Source: Rickettsiales bacterium
Lineage (GTDB): Bacteria; Pseudomonadota; Alphaproteobacteria; Rs-D84
Reading direction: 5' to 3'
Assembly (NCBI GenBank): GCA_031288835.1
Contig: JAITQO010000002.1
Coordinates: forward strand, 3,598-67,597
Length of the DNA stretch: 64,000 nt
The translations under genes and the position numbers were made by a program. Under the pieces are notes generated by a model, which saw only the letters and a program-made list of their open reading frames with translations, made no database searches and was not told where the DNA came from. This document shows positions 1 through 9,410 of this stretch, in pieces (positions within the stretch are counted from its first letter, which is position 1; every line of letters starts with the position of its first letter).

Positions 1-2181
1 AGTGGCACCAATGATACTCCCTCGGCTAATTGCAGTGCAATAAACTACGACATTACATACATTCTAAACGGTGGAACAAACAATGCAAGCAATCCAACAA
101 CTTATACCGTAGAAACTGCGACCATTACCTTACTATCTCCAGCAAAAACAGGATATGCGTTCGATGGATGGTATACCTCTAGCAACTTTTTAGGGCAGGC
201 TGTGACATCTATACCAAAAGGCAGCACCGGAAATAAAACATTTTATGCAAAATGGGTGTGCAACGGAGGCTATAAGTGCAGCGATGCCAATTGCAGTTCT
301 TGTGCCGCATGCGATAGCGGAACATTCTCAACAGGTCCAAATTCGACAACTGCATGCACGGCATGCGCCGTCGGTTCTTATAATACCAACGTGAGTCAAA
401 CTACTTGCACTGCTTGCGCAGGCGGAAAAACAACTGAAAATCAAGGTAGCACTTCCTGCACAGATTGCAACCAAAAAAATGTGCAAACATGGGAAACACC
501 ATCATGGACCAATAATACCATGACAAACTTGTGCGAAATTAAAACATGCAATAATGGATATGAAAATAAATCCAATACATGCTCTCCTGAGACTTATAAC
601 ATTTCATACACTCTAGACGGTGGAACAAACAATACAAGCAACCCAACAACTTATACCGTAGAAACTGCGACCATTACCTTACTATCTCCAACAAAAACAG
701 GATATACGTTCAGTGGGTGGTGCGATGATTCCGGGCTTTCGTCAAACTGCACGACTAGCAAGCAGATAGCCAAAGGCAGCACCGGAAATAAAACATTCTA
801 TGCAAAATGGACAGTAAAAATTTATACAGTAACACTTGACCCAAACGAAGGAACACCTGGAACGAAATCAACTGTTGATGTATCTTATGGTTCCACAATA
901 CCTAATTTTCTCAATCCTGATTCAGAGCTACCACGAATGGCAGGTTATATATTCAACGGATATTGGAGCGAGACAGTCAACGGAAAACAATATATAGCTG
1001 CGGATGGAACAACCATATCAGATGCTATATGGACAACAGATGGAGACGACACATTATATGCCCAGTGGACGGAATGTCCAAGCAGCGGCCATTTCTGCGG
1101 AGGTAGTTTATATAATGATAAGAAATCTTGCGACACTAATTTATCCAAACCAAGCGATTTTCCAACAAACGGAACATACAGCACCGACCCCGCAAAGGGC
1201 GCAACAGACCCAACCAGTTGCAGATACAAGGCGCCTTCGAAGACTTTACCTGGATGTGAAAAAGCCGAATCAAATCTAACATCATATGAAAATAATGCAT
1301 GGAATCCGGTGACATATTATGTTACTGCAGAAAAAGGATATAAAAATATAAATCAGGATACCGCAAGTGCAGAGTGTAAACCATGTGAAAACGGAGAATA
1401 TCAAGATGAGACGGGACAAAATGAATGCAAAAAATGTTCAGGATTACAAAACCAATATAAAGATCATCCGGACAATACAGAGGCCGCCACTTATTCATCC
1501 AATAACCCTTTTGATGCCGCGACTGTTTGTAGATACAGTGTAAATAGAAACATACCTACAAACTGCGAAAGTATACAAATGAAAACAGACGCTGCATATA
1601 ATGGCACAGATTATGATGGCTTGCAATATACAGTTACAAACAGTAGTACATGTGGATGCAGTATAAAAGATAATGATTCTGATCATCCGACATGCCCAAA
1701 ATGTCTTCCAGGTTCTGCGCAAAATAAAGAAGACCCGACTAAGTGCACAGATTGCTCAGAAGAGGACGGATTCAGCACACAAGAAGGGGCGACAAGTTGC
1801 ACTCCGTGTCCAAGCATGACGAAGACCGACGACGGAAAAGCCGCAAAAGTTTCAGACTGTTATATTCCGTTCAACACACAGTTTCACGATACAAATAATA
1901 ACAAATTGGACTTCGGGGCGTTGTTTGTTAGCAATTATGCTTCGGAAGCCAAGTGTTATTTCCATGATATCAGCAATAGTTCTAATTCGGGGAACGAGTG
2001 CGCGGCGAGTTCATCTGGCGAACTTTTCTGCACGGGATTGCCTGGGACGTGCTCATTGCAAAGTGGAGCTCAACACTCGTGTACAATTGTGGAAGGAGGA
2101 CAGACTATAAACATGACCTGCACTGGTGGAATTTATACGGTATCTGACAAGACTTTCAATTTCAAATGCGTGCAAATATAA
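1..2181 (+). CDS. Cysteine-rich repeat surface protein, 5'-truncated by the window edge (Listeria-Bacteroides-type repeats plus CxxC modules)
   Basis: Frame 1 is open from nt 1, upstream of the track's 202 start, and stops at 2179-2181. Units of the form Y(I/T)LxGGTNNxSNPTTYTVETATITLLSPxKTGYxFxGW...GNKTFYAKW fit the Listeria-Bacteroides (Flg_new) repeat pattern. Many C-x2-C-x(5-15)-C-x2-C modules are present, e.g. CTACAVGSYNTNVSQTTCTACAGG and CKPCENGEYQDETGQNECKKCSG. Confidence 0.8.
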   Translation, partial: SGTNDTPSANCSAINYDITYILNGGTNNASNPTTYTVETATITLLSPAKTGYAFDGWYTSSNFLGQAVTSIPKGSTGNKTFYAKWVCNGGYKCSDANCSSCAACDSGTFSTGPNSTTACTACAVGSYNTNVSQTTCTACAGGKTTENQGSTSCTDCNQKNVQTWETPSWTNNTMTNLCEIKTCNNGYENKSNTCSPETYNISYTLDGGTNNTSNPTTYTVETATITLLSPTKTGYTFSGWCDDSGLSSNCTTSKQIAKGSTGNKTFYAKWTVKIYTVTLDPNEGTPGTKSTVDVSYGSTIPNFLNPDSELPRMAGYIFNGYWSETVNGKQYIAADGTTISDAIWTTDGDDTLYAQWTECPSSGHFCGGSLYNDKKSCDTNLSKPSDFPTNGTYSTDPAKGATDPTSCRYKAPSKTLPGCEKAESNLTSYENNAWNPVTYYVTAEKGYKNINQDTASAECKPCENGEYQDETGQNECKKCSGLQNQYKDHPDNTEAATYSSNNPFDAATVCRYSVNRNIPTNCESIQMKTDAAYNGTDYDGLQYTVTNSSTCGCSIKDNDSDHPTCPKCLPGSAQNKEDPTKCTDCSEEDGFSTQEGATSCTPCPSMTKTDDGKAAKVSDCYIPFNTQFHDTNNNKLDFGALFVSNYASEAKCYFHDISNSSNSGNECAASSSGELFCTGLPGTCSLQSGAQHSCTIVEGGQTINMTCTGGIYTVSDKTFNFKCVQI

Positions 2182-2234
2182 TAACAAGTCATCTTATCGC
2201 ATTACCCTTCGGCGCCGAAACGGAATGATAAAAC

Positions 2235-2260
2235 AAAAATCCCGCAAATGCGGGATTTTT
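2235..2260. terminator. Bidirectional intrinsic terminator between convergent genes
   Basis: AAAAATCCCGC-AAAT-GCGGGATTTTT is a perfect 7-bp GC-rich stem flanked by an A-run and a T-run. Confidence 0.7.
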
Positions 2261-2282
2261 GCAATCAATCATGCAATGCAAA

Positions 2283-3047
2283 TTATCCCCGTCCCACCCT
2301 TTGGGAATAATTATTGATAATACGGCTGTAAACAATCCTTTTCGCACCGTTGCTGTGCTGCCGATTAAGTTCCCTAAATTGCCTTGCGTCCGCTGCTTTT
2401 TTATTCGCAAGATAATTTGAGAAATACGCATGTCCTGTTCCTCGGGAACCGGATGCCAGGCGCAGTTTTTCCTTCGCTTTCGACACTGTCGCCATTTCTT
2501 TCATTTTTCCAAAAATATAGGCGAGCCATGAGCGCATGTCAATCTCGTCTCCTTCCCTCAGATAGCCGGCGCGCAAAATTATTGTTCCGGAATCATACGC
2601 ATAGCAATCATCGCCGCCCCTGTAATTATCGACAACGATTGTGATTGCCGAAGGATTGTTCTTAATATACAAGATTTCCGGGGCGGAATTCATGTTGGCG
2701 TTCAGAAAATCCAGCGCCTTTATTATCTTTGCCTTGTTCGTCGGGTTCAGCAATCCGGATTCGTCCCTGATGACAATCTGCTTGCGCCCCAGATAAACAT
2801 CTGTGTGCGTTGACGGCTGAACGCGGATATCGTCGTCAACGTAACCATAGTTTGGAGTGGTTGGCGCCCGGTCGTTCGATTGCTCCGATTTTTTAACCGC
2901 CAATTTATCACTGGCGTAGATAAATATTATTGTTCCTGCTGCCAAAGAGGTTGCTATGCCCACTCCAAAGCCCACCGCTAAACCACGAATAAGTGCCAAT
3001 TTAGCATTGCGCCCCGCTGTTTTTTGGTCAATATAACTCTCTGACAT
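2283..3047 (-). CDS. Hypothetical N-terminally membrane-anchored protein
   Basis: 254-aa ORF with one hydrophobic helix (LIRGLAVGFGVGIATSLAAGTIIFIYA) near the N-terminus. No motif recognised. Confidence 0.55.
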   Translation of the reverse strand: MSESYIDQKTAGRNAKLALIRGLAVGFGVGIATSLAAGTIIFIYASDKLAVKKSEQSNDRAPTTPNYGYVDDDIRVQPSTHTDVYLGRKQIVIRDESGLLNPTNKAKIIKALDFLNANMNSAPEILYIKNNPSAITIVVDNYRGGDDCYAYDSGTIILRAGYLREGDEIDMRSWLAYIFGKMKEMATVSKAKEKLRLASGSRGTGHAYFSNYLANKKAADARQFRELNRQHSNGAKRIVYSRIINNYSQRVGRG

Positions 3048-3109
3048 TTCGGTTCCTTTGTATTATATTTATACCCTACATGTAATACAAAAAAACACAT
3101 TTGTCAAGT

Positions 3110-3481
3110 CTATTCTTCAATCATGACAACCGCGGCGGAATAATCCCCCTGGTCGGTCAATGATATGTGAACGCGGGCGTTTTCGGACAGGTTTTTCAGC
3201 GCGGTTTTCGCGCCGCCGGCCAAAACTATCTCCGGCCGCCCCTTTTCATCATGGCCGACCGACACGTCCGAAAACTGCATGTCGTCACCGAACCCCTTGC
3301 CCAGCGCCTTTACGAACGCCTCGCGCGCAGCCCAAAAGTTTGCCAGATGCCGTTCGCCTCCGGCGTTGTCCGCCTCCGCGTAATCCAATTCTTTCTTTGT
3401 GAAAATCCGAAATTTCTTGAACTGGGACCAATCCAAAAAGCGGTCGCATTCCACCAAGTCAATTCCAATTCCAAGAATCAT
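3110..3481 (-). CDS. acpS: Holo-[acyl-carrier-protein] synthase
   Basis: 123 aa. N-terminal MILGIGIDLVE and overall size are typical of AcpS 4'-phosphopantetheinyl transferases. Confidence 0.88.
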   Translation of the reverse strand: MILGIGIDLVECDRFLDWSQFKKFRIFTKKELDYAEADNAGGERHLANFWAAREAFVKALGKGFGDDMQFSDVSVGHDEKGRPEIVLAGGAKTALKNLSENARVHISLTDQGDYSAAVVMIEE

Positions 3482-3597
3482 TCAAGAGGCTCCTTTTTTC
3501 CCGATGGCGATATGATGATTGAATCGCGCGCCTTAGTCAAGAAAAAAATGAAGAAAAAAGGATGGGGGAAGTGATAAGAAACAAGTGGCACAGTTAA

Positions 3598-3866
3598 CGT
3601 CATTCCAACGAAGGCCGGAATAGGGACTATAAAACGCGAGCGAAGCGAACCATCTTTATTTAGAGAACAAGTAACAGCAGAGGGCACCGGACGAAATGAC
3701 TTTATATGCTTGCTCGTTTTACTGTCATTCAAACAAAGTTTTGACCTGCAAGACCGAAAGACCCTATTCCCGCCTGCGCGGGAATGACAAAATCCCATTG
3801 GGATTTTTTACCACATGTCTCCAGTTGTCGGCGCCATTCGGCGCCGCAACGGAATGACGCTCCCTT
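3598..3866. repeat. Cluster of GC-rich palindromic repeat units (ATTCC..GGAAT family)
   Basis: Units seen: GTCATTCCAACGAAGGCCGGAAT (3599-3621), GTCATTC...ATTCCCGCCTGCGCGGGAATGAC (3724-3788) and GCCGCAACGGAATGAC (3843-3858). The same motifs recur at 57500-57595, 60811-61220 and 62578-62600. Confidence 0.7.
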
Positions 3867-3868
3867 GA

Positions 3869-4492
3869 TTACTCGATACAACAATTTACGGATTTTTTCA
3901 CCCAAGCACCCAGGTCGGATAACAGCCCGCCTTTTTTCGAATCCCGGATTTCGGATTTCGTTTCGGCCTTCGCGGGGGTGACATTTTGAACATTGTCCCC
4001 TATATTCCGTTTTCCATCAATCCATTCCAAGAGTTTTGAATCCAGCGATTCGTCCTTCCTCACGCCGGCCAGGTCTATCAATTCCATGTTAATCCCCCAA
4101 AACAAAGAATAAAGCTCATACGCCTTGCCAAACAAGTCGCGCGCATCCTGCTTTTTCCCCGCGCCCTGCGCCTTGGTTCCGACCTCCACCAGCCGCATCG
4201 ACGCGGCCAGCAGATGCTTTGATATGCACCATACCTCGCCGTTTTCCGCGGTGGATTTCTTCACAATCCGCGACATCAGTTCTTTGCGCATTTCCCGCAC
4301 GACATTTATCAGGTCATAAAATCCGGGCCTGCCCGTTTTTCCGCCGCTGAAAAAGAAATGTTCCTCCAGCGAAATCAAATTCATCAGCGCAATCGACAAA
4401 TCCTGGTCGGATGACAAATCCAGCGGGTTCGCCTTTTTCGCCGCGTCGGTTTTTTCAATCAGTTCTTCCAATGTCAGTTTTTTGTTCGCCAT
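3869..4492 (-). CDS. Hypothetical protein (207 aa)
   Basis: Clean ORF with an ATG start, 3 nt downstream of the preceding gene's stop. No motif recognised. Confidence 0.6.
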   Translation of the reverse strand: MANKKLTLEELIEKTDAAKKANPLDLSSDQDLSIALMNLISLEEHFFFSGGKTGRPGFYDLINVVREMRKELMSRIVKKSTAENGEVWCISKHLLAASMRLVEVGTKAQGAGKKQDARDLFGKAYELYSLFWGINMELIDLAGVRKDESLDSKLLEWIDGKRNIGDNVQNVTPAKAETKSEIRDSKKGGLLSDLGAWVKKSVNCCIE

Positions 4493-4495
4493 TTT

Positions 4496-5011
4496 TTACC
4501 CCTTGTAATATAAAACCAAAACCCCGAGCGCGGCCGACAGCAGCAGCAGCGAGCAGAATGGAATGACCACTTTTTGGAACTTGAAATACGACTTCCCTCC
4601 GTTTTTATGCAAGAGGCTATGGTTCCATTTTTCGGCCGCATAAAATACAACGCTTCCCGAAACTATTCCCACCAGAAATTGGTCGGCGCCCAATACGGTA
4701 TTTTTCCCGTATTCCACATTCGGCGTAAAATACACGGCAGCCAGCAGTACGTACCAGACAACCAAATCAAAAATATACCAAATCGCGTTCTCAATCCCTT
4801 TGCGCGACATATACCTCGCAGTCCAAAACACCATTATTAGCGTGAACGCGCCTGCCCACGCGCCGGTAATCGCATCCGCAACCCCCAACAGGCGCGCGCC
4901 CTCCAAGCCGGCGCCAACCGCGACCGTGCAGACGGGACAAACGGCGTAGGCTGAGGAGGCGAAAAGAAACAAGAGACCAGAGACAAGAGACAAATAGCGC
5001 GATTTTTTCAT
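4496..5011 (-). CDS. Hypothetical multi-pass membrane protein with N-terminal CPVC motif
   Basis: 171 aa with a signal-like N-terminus, AVCPVCTVAVGAG, and about 4 hydrophobic segments. Its ATG overlaps the rsmH stop (ATGA at 5008-5011). Confidence 0.65.
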   Translation of the reverse strand: MKKSRYLSLVSGLLFLFASSAYAVCPVCTVAVGAGLEGARLLGVADAITGAWAGAFTLIMVFWTARYMSRKGIENAIWYIFDLVVWYVLLAAVYFTPNVEYGKNTVLGADQFLVGIVSGSVVFYAAEKWNHSLLHKNGGKSYFKFQKVVIPFCSLLLLSAALGVLVLYYKG

Positions 5012-5883
5012 AATAATTCCTTTTCGCTAATTTTATCGATTTTCCGAACGGCGCGCAAGTGAGAACTTCGCGCGCGCGGATTCGCCGCCAATTCCGATTC
5101 GTCCGGACGGAATGTTTTCAATATCGCGAACGGGGCCGGTTTTTGCGGCAGCCGCGGGTCGCCCGCCGGCGTCGCCCATTCGCGGAACTTTTGCTTTACA
5201 ATCCTGTCCTCCAGCGAATGAAACGTGACGCAAACGCATGCGCCGCCGTCCGGGAGCAGGGCGGACACGGCGTCCAGCGCCCGCTCGATTTCTCCCAATT
5301 CGTCGTTCACGGCAATGCGCAGCGCCTGAAACACCGGCGCGACGTCGCCCGGATTAAAAACCAATTCCCGCAATTCGCCCGTCGTCTTCGGCGGCATTTT
5401 CTTTATCGCGCGCGCGATTGCCGCCGCCTTTCCCACGTCGCCATATTCGCGGAGAATCCGCGCCAATTCCTCCGCGGACGATTTCTCAATCAATTCCGCC
5501 GCGCTCTCGCCGCCGCCCATACGCATATCCAACGGCGCGTCAAAACGCCACGAAAATCCGCGTTCCGGAGAATCTATTTGCATGCTTGACACGCCGAAAT
5601 CAAATACGATATCCGAGGCTTGAGACCCGATATCCAAAATATGCGAAAAAGGTTCATTTATAAATCGAAAATCATCGCCGTGTTCCTTTTTCAATTCCCC
5701 GGCGAACAACAGGACGGACGGGTCGCGGTCGAAAGCAATCACTTTCGCGCCGCGCTCCAGAAACGCGCGCGAGTATCCGCCGGCGCCGAACGTCGCGTCG
5801 ACGATTGTCCGGCCGCGGATATTACCGAGCGTTTCAAGAACACGAGGCAGTAAAACCGGAGTATGCGCCCTATTCAATTTCAA
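5008..5883 (-). CDS. rsmH: 16S rRNA (cytosine1402-N4)-methyltransferase
   Basis: HTPVLL...DATFGAGGYS SAM-binding motif and the typical ~290-aa RsmH/MraW length. Confidence 0.9.
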   Translation of the reverse strand: MKLNRAHTPVLLPRVLETLGNIRGRTIVDATFGAGGYSRAFLERGAKVIAFDRDPSVLLFAGELKKEHGDDFRFINEPFSHILDIGSQASDIVFDFGVSSMQIDSPERGFSWRFDAPLDMRMGGGESAAELIEKSSAEELARILREYGDVGKAAAIARAIKKMPPKTTGELRELVFNPGDVAPVFQALRIAVNDELGEIERALDAVSALLPDGGACVCVTFHSLEDRIVKQKFREWATPAGDPRLPQKPAPFAILKTFRPDESELAANPRARSSHLRAVRKIDKISEKELL

Positions 5884-8800
5884 CCTTTATCCCCATTTCG
5901 GAAACCCGCGCCATCGTGTCCGGCATCAGGCGGACGCCGCGCGGCAGCGCCAGGACGGCCTCTTTCTCACCGTCGCTGATTTTCATAGTTATCTTGCCAA
6001 GCCCGTTCGGCAGCGCATCGATTATTTCTTTCAGGTCGGCGAGGCGCGCCCTGTCCAGTATCGAAAGCGTGATTTTTTTCGCCGACATCGCCGCCCATTC
6101 GTCTATCGGCACAATCGTGTCGATGAACAAGGATACGCTGTTGTCTTCGCGCACGGCCGTGCGGCCGGCTATCACCACAGTTTCATGCTCCCTAAGAACA
6201 CCCTCCAATTCGAACACCCCGTCGCCGAACGCGACCGTATCTATATTTGTCTTGCCGTCCGTTCCCTTGACAACCATCATCGGCCGGCCGGTTTTTGTCG
6301 TCCGCCGGCTGTATCCGATGACATTCATGGCGATTCGGACGGATTTTCTGTCCCCTTGGTTCGACAATTCGCCGCATTTCAGCAATTTCTGCGAATCAAT
6401 CAATTTCTTATACGGGTCGAGTCTTGAAGATCGCAGCGAAAATCCCAGCGCCTCCGTCTCCATCGCCAGCTGCTCGTTGAATCCCCATGACTGAGAACGC
6501 GCGAGGTCCTTCGCGAGATTGTCGCCGGTCACATCGTCCTCAGTCGTGTTCTCGAACAGGGACAGGGTTTGCGCGCCTTCCTTTTGGCGCCCCGCATACA
6601 GCAGAATCGCGTCGGCATTGTAATAAAGTTTCGCGCGATCCGGACAAAACGAGTCCAACACGCCCGCCTTGATAAAGTTCTCCAACACGCGCTTGTTTAT
6701 AACCCCGGCCGTCCTCTTCGCAAAATCCGTAAGATTCCGGAACTTTCCGTTTTCGTTCCTTTCTTTCACGATAACATCGGTGACCGCCCGTCCGATGCCC
6801 TTGATTGCCGCAAGGCCGAATATTATTTTCCCATTTCGGACGGAAAATAGCGAATCGGATTCGTTTATGTTCGGCGGCGCGACGTCGACGTTGAAATTAT
6901 TTCTGGCGTCCCGCATGTCTTCGGCCAGATAATCCGTGTCGTTCAGTTTGGACCCCATGTCCGCGGCGATGAACTCGGCCGGATAATGCGCCTTCAGCCA
7001 CGCGCATTGGTTGGCGACGACGGCATAGCACAGGGAATGGGATTTGTTGAACGCGTATTCCGCGAACTTCTCGAACTGCCCGTATAATTCCTCGGCCTCT
7101 TGCTCGGCCAGCGTCTTGTTCGCGACGCACCCGTCCACGAACTTTTTGTGATGCTGCTCCATCAATTCCTTGATTTTCTTGCCCATCGCCTTGCGCAGGC
7201 TGTCCGATTCTCCGCGCGTGTATCCGGCCAGCACGCGAGAAAGCTGCATCACCTGCTCCTGATAGACAAGTATCCCGTAGGTTTCCTTCAGCACGTCTTC
7301 GGCCAGGGGATGAGGATACGATACCTTCTCCTCGCCGTGCATCCTGGCGATATAGTTCGGAATGAACGCCGCCGGGCCGGGCCGGTTCAGGGCGTTCAAC
7401 GCGACGATGTTCGCAAAGCACGTCGGCTTCATTGCCTGAAGGTATCTCTGCATGTGCGGAGCATCAAACTGGAACACGCCGAGCGTCCGCCCGTTCTGCC
7501 ATATCGTCTTGTAAACCGCCTCGTCCTCCAGTGGAATCAATTCGGAATTTATGTCGACGCCGTGGTTCTCTCGAATCATTTTAATCGCCCGCTTTACGAC
7601 GGTCAGGGTTTCCAATAGAAGAAAGTCGAACTTTATCAGGCCGCTTGATTCCAGATAATGCCCGTCGAACTGGGATGACGGCACGCTGTTCGACGGGTCG
7701 CGGTAAACGGGCGCGATTTTTGTAATCGGATGGTCTCCGATGACGAACCCGCAGGCATGCTGCCCAAGGTTGCGATAGCTTCCTTCGAGCTCTCCGGCGA
7801 TTTCCACAACCTTGCGCATATCCGGGTCTTCTTCCAGCGCCTCTTTTATTCCGCGGTCATTCAGCGCCTGCTTCAACTTTTTCGCGTCCTGAGGAATCAT
7901 TTTGGCAAACCTATCCGATTTTGAATAGGGGATTCCGAAAACGCGCCCGACGTCGCGGATTGCGCCGCGCGCCTGCAGGGAGCCGAACGTGATGATGCGG
8001 CAGATGTGGTCGGCGCCGTACTTATTCTGGATATAATCGATAATCTGGTCTATTTTGTCGGGCTCGAAATCAATATCGAAATCGGGCATCGAAATGCGGT
8101 CCGGGTTCAAAAAACGCTCGAACAACAGGCCGTATTTCAGCGGGTCGACCTTCGTTATCCCAAGCGACCACGCGACGACGGAGCCCGCCCCGCTGCCGCG
8201 GCCGGGCCCGACGGCGATGTCGTTGTTCTCCGCCCACCTGATATAATCCGCGACAATCAGAAAATATCCCGGGAAACCCATTTTTATAATCGTTTCCAAT
8301 TCGAATTCCGCCTGGTCGAAATATTTTTTCTGCTCCGATTCGGCAATCTTGTTTTCGGACATTCTCTTTCTCAATCCGGCTATCGCATCATCGCGCAACA
8401 TTCTGCACTCTTCGTCGAAATTGTCTCCGAATTTCGGCAAAAGCGGCTTTTCATGAACATTCACCATGAACGCGCAGCGGCGGGCGATGTCCAGCGTGTT
8501 TTCAACCGCCTCGGGCAGGTCAGAGAACAATTCGGCCATTTCTTCCGGCGATTTGAAATACTGCTCGGCGTTCGCGCGCGTCCGTCCGTCCTGAATCACC
8601 TTCGTCTGTCCCAGGATGCAATGCAGGGCGTCCGTCGCCTCGTAATCGGGCGGCGACGCGAAGCATACGTCGTTCGTCGCGACAATCGGAATATTCTTGT
8701 CAACGGCCAGTTTCAGGAACGCCGGCTCGGTCTTGATTTGCTCCGAGAGTCCAAAGCGAGAAAGTTCGATATAAAACCTGTCGCCGAAAATCGACAAGAA

Positions 8801-9316
8801 CCTGTCGGCCAACTCCGCGGCAAATCGTTCCTGGTTTTCAAGAATCGCCCTTCCAATGGCGCCGTTATGCCCCCCGGAGAGGCATATCAGGCCGCCCGCG
8901 TGCGGCGCCAGTTCGTCAAGCGTGACATGCGCGCCCAGGTGCCAGTTGTCCTGCCGCATATACATGATTTCCGAAATCTTGCAAAGATTCAGGTAGCCAT
9001 CATGGTTTTGCGCAAGCAAAACAATCTGCGACATCTGCTCCGCCCGCAGAATCCCGGGCGCGGCGTTCGCATGATGATTCAGGGTGATTGTTATTCCGAC
9101 AATCGGCTGGATGCCCTCATCCGGAGATTTATCCGACAGTTCCGCGCTGGCGGTCATCAGGTTGTTGTCGGTGATTGCGACGGCCGGCATCCGGTAATCC
9201 CTGCAAAACGATATTATGTTTTTTTTATCCGGCTCTTTCTTGTTAAACGCAATCGGCAGCGTTCCGAACCCCACGGAATAAACGGAATGAACGCGAAGAT
9301 GGACGAATTGCGACAT
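5870..9316 (-). CDS. dnaE: DNA polymerase III alpha subunit
   Basis: 1148 aa. PHP-domain N-terminus (FVHLRVHSVYS), a polymerase core (GPGRGSGAGSVVAWSLGITKVDP) and an OB-fold C-terminus. Confidence 0.97.
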   Translation of the reverse strand: MSQFVHLRVHSVYSVGFGTLPIAFNKKEPDKKNIISFCRDYRMPAVAITDNNLMTASAELSDKSPDEGIQPIVGITITLNHHANAAPGILRAEQMSQIVLLAQNHDGYLNLCKISEIMYMRQDNWHLGAHVTLDELAPHAGGLICLSGGHNGAIGRAILENQERFAAELADRFLSIFGDRFYIELSRFGLSEQIKTEPAFLKLAVDKNIPIVATNDVCFASPPDYEATDALHCILGQTKVIQDGRTRANAEQYFKSPEEMAELFSDLPEAVENTLDIARRCAFMVNVHEKPLLPKFGDNFDEECRMLRDDAIAGLRKRMSENKIAESEQKKYFDQAEFELETIIKMGFPGYFLIVADYIRWAENNDIAVGPGRGSGAGSVVAWSLGITKVDPLKYGLLFERFLNPDRISMPDFDIDFEPDKIDQIIDYIQNKYGADHICRIITFGSLQARGAIRDVGRVFGIPYSKSDRFAKMIPQDAKKLKQALNDRGIKEALEEDPDMRKVVEIAGELEGSYRNLGQHACGFVIGDHPITKIAPVYRDPSNSVPSSQFDGHYLESSGLIKFDFLLLETLTVVKRAIKMIRENHGVDINSELIPLEDEAVYKTIWQNGRTLGVFQFDAPHMQRYLQAMKPTCFANIVALNALNRPGPAAFIPNYIARMHGEEKVSYPHPLAEDVLKETYGILVYQEQVMQLSRVLAGYTRGESDSLRKAMGKKIKELMEQHHKKFVDGCVANKTLAEQEAEELYGQFEKFAEYAFNKSHSLCYAVVANQCAWLKAHYPAEFIAADMGSKLNDTDYLAEDMRDARNNFNVDVAPPNINESDSLFSVRNGKIIFGLAAIKGIGRAVTDVIVKERNENGKFRNLTDFAKRTAGVINKRVLENFIKAGVLDSFCPDRAKLYYNADAILLYAGRQKEGAQTLSLFENTTEDDVTGDNLAKDLARSQSWGFNEQLAMETEALGFSLRSSRLDPYKKLIDSQKLLKCGELSNQGDRKSVRIAMNVIGYSRRTTKTGRPMMVVKGTDGKTNIDTVAFGDGVFELEGVLREHETVVIAGRTAVREDNSVSLFIDTIVPIDEWAAMSAKKITLSILDRARLADLKEIIDALPNGLGKITMKISDGEKEAVLALPRGVRLMPDTMARVSEMGIKVEIE

Positions 9317-9410
9317 AGTAGTTATAAGTTATTAAGTCTTTTCATTATTCCAATTTGTGTTTTTTCTTTCATACTTTTATACATGCTGAGCCTCCGTAGA
9401 CTTATAACTA

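Noticed and set aside
68-711. Whether the near-identical intragenic repeats (68-162 versus 617-711) are a diversity-generating retroelement template/variable pair.
   Set aside because: No reverse transcriptase is present in the window. Only 4 differences were seen (three G/A, one T/C), which is not an adenine-specific pattern across many sites. Simple recent domain duplication explains it.
3478-3798. A 106-aa ORF upstream of acpS (also 57340-57585, 81 aa).
   Set aside because: The translation runs through the palindromic repeat units (HSRAGGN..., IPAFVGMT..., CHSREGGN...). These peptides are the signature of translated REP-like elements, not genes.
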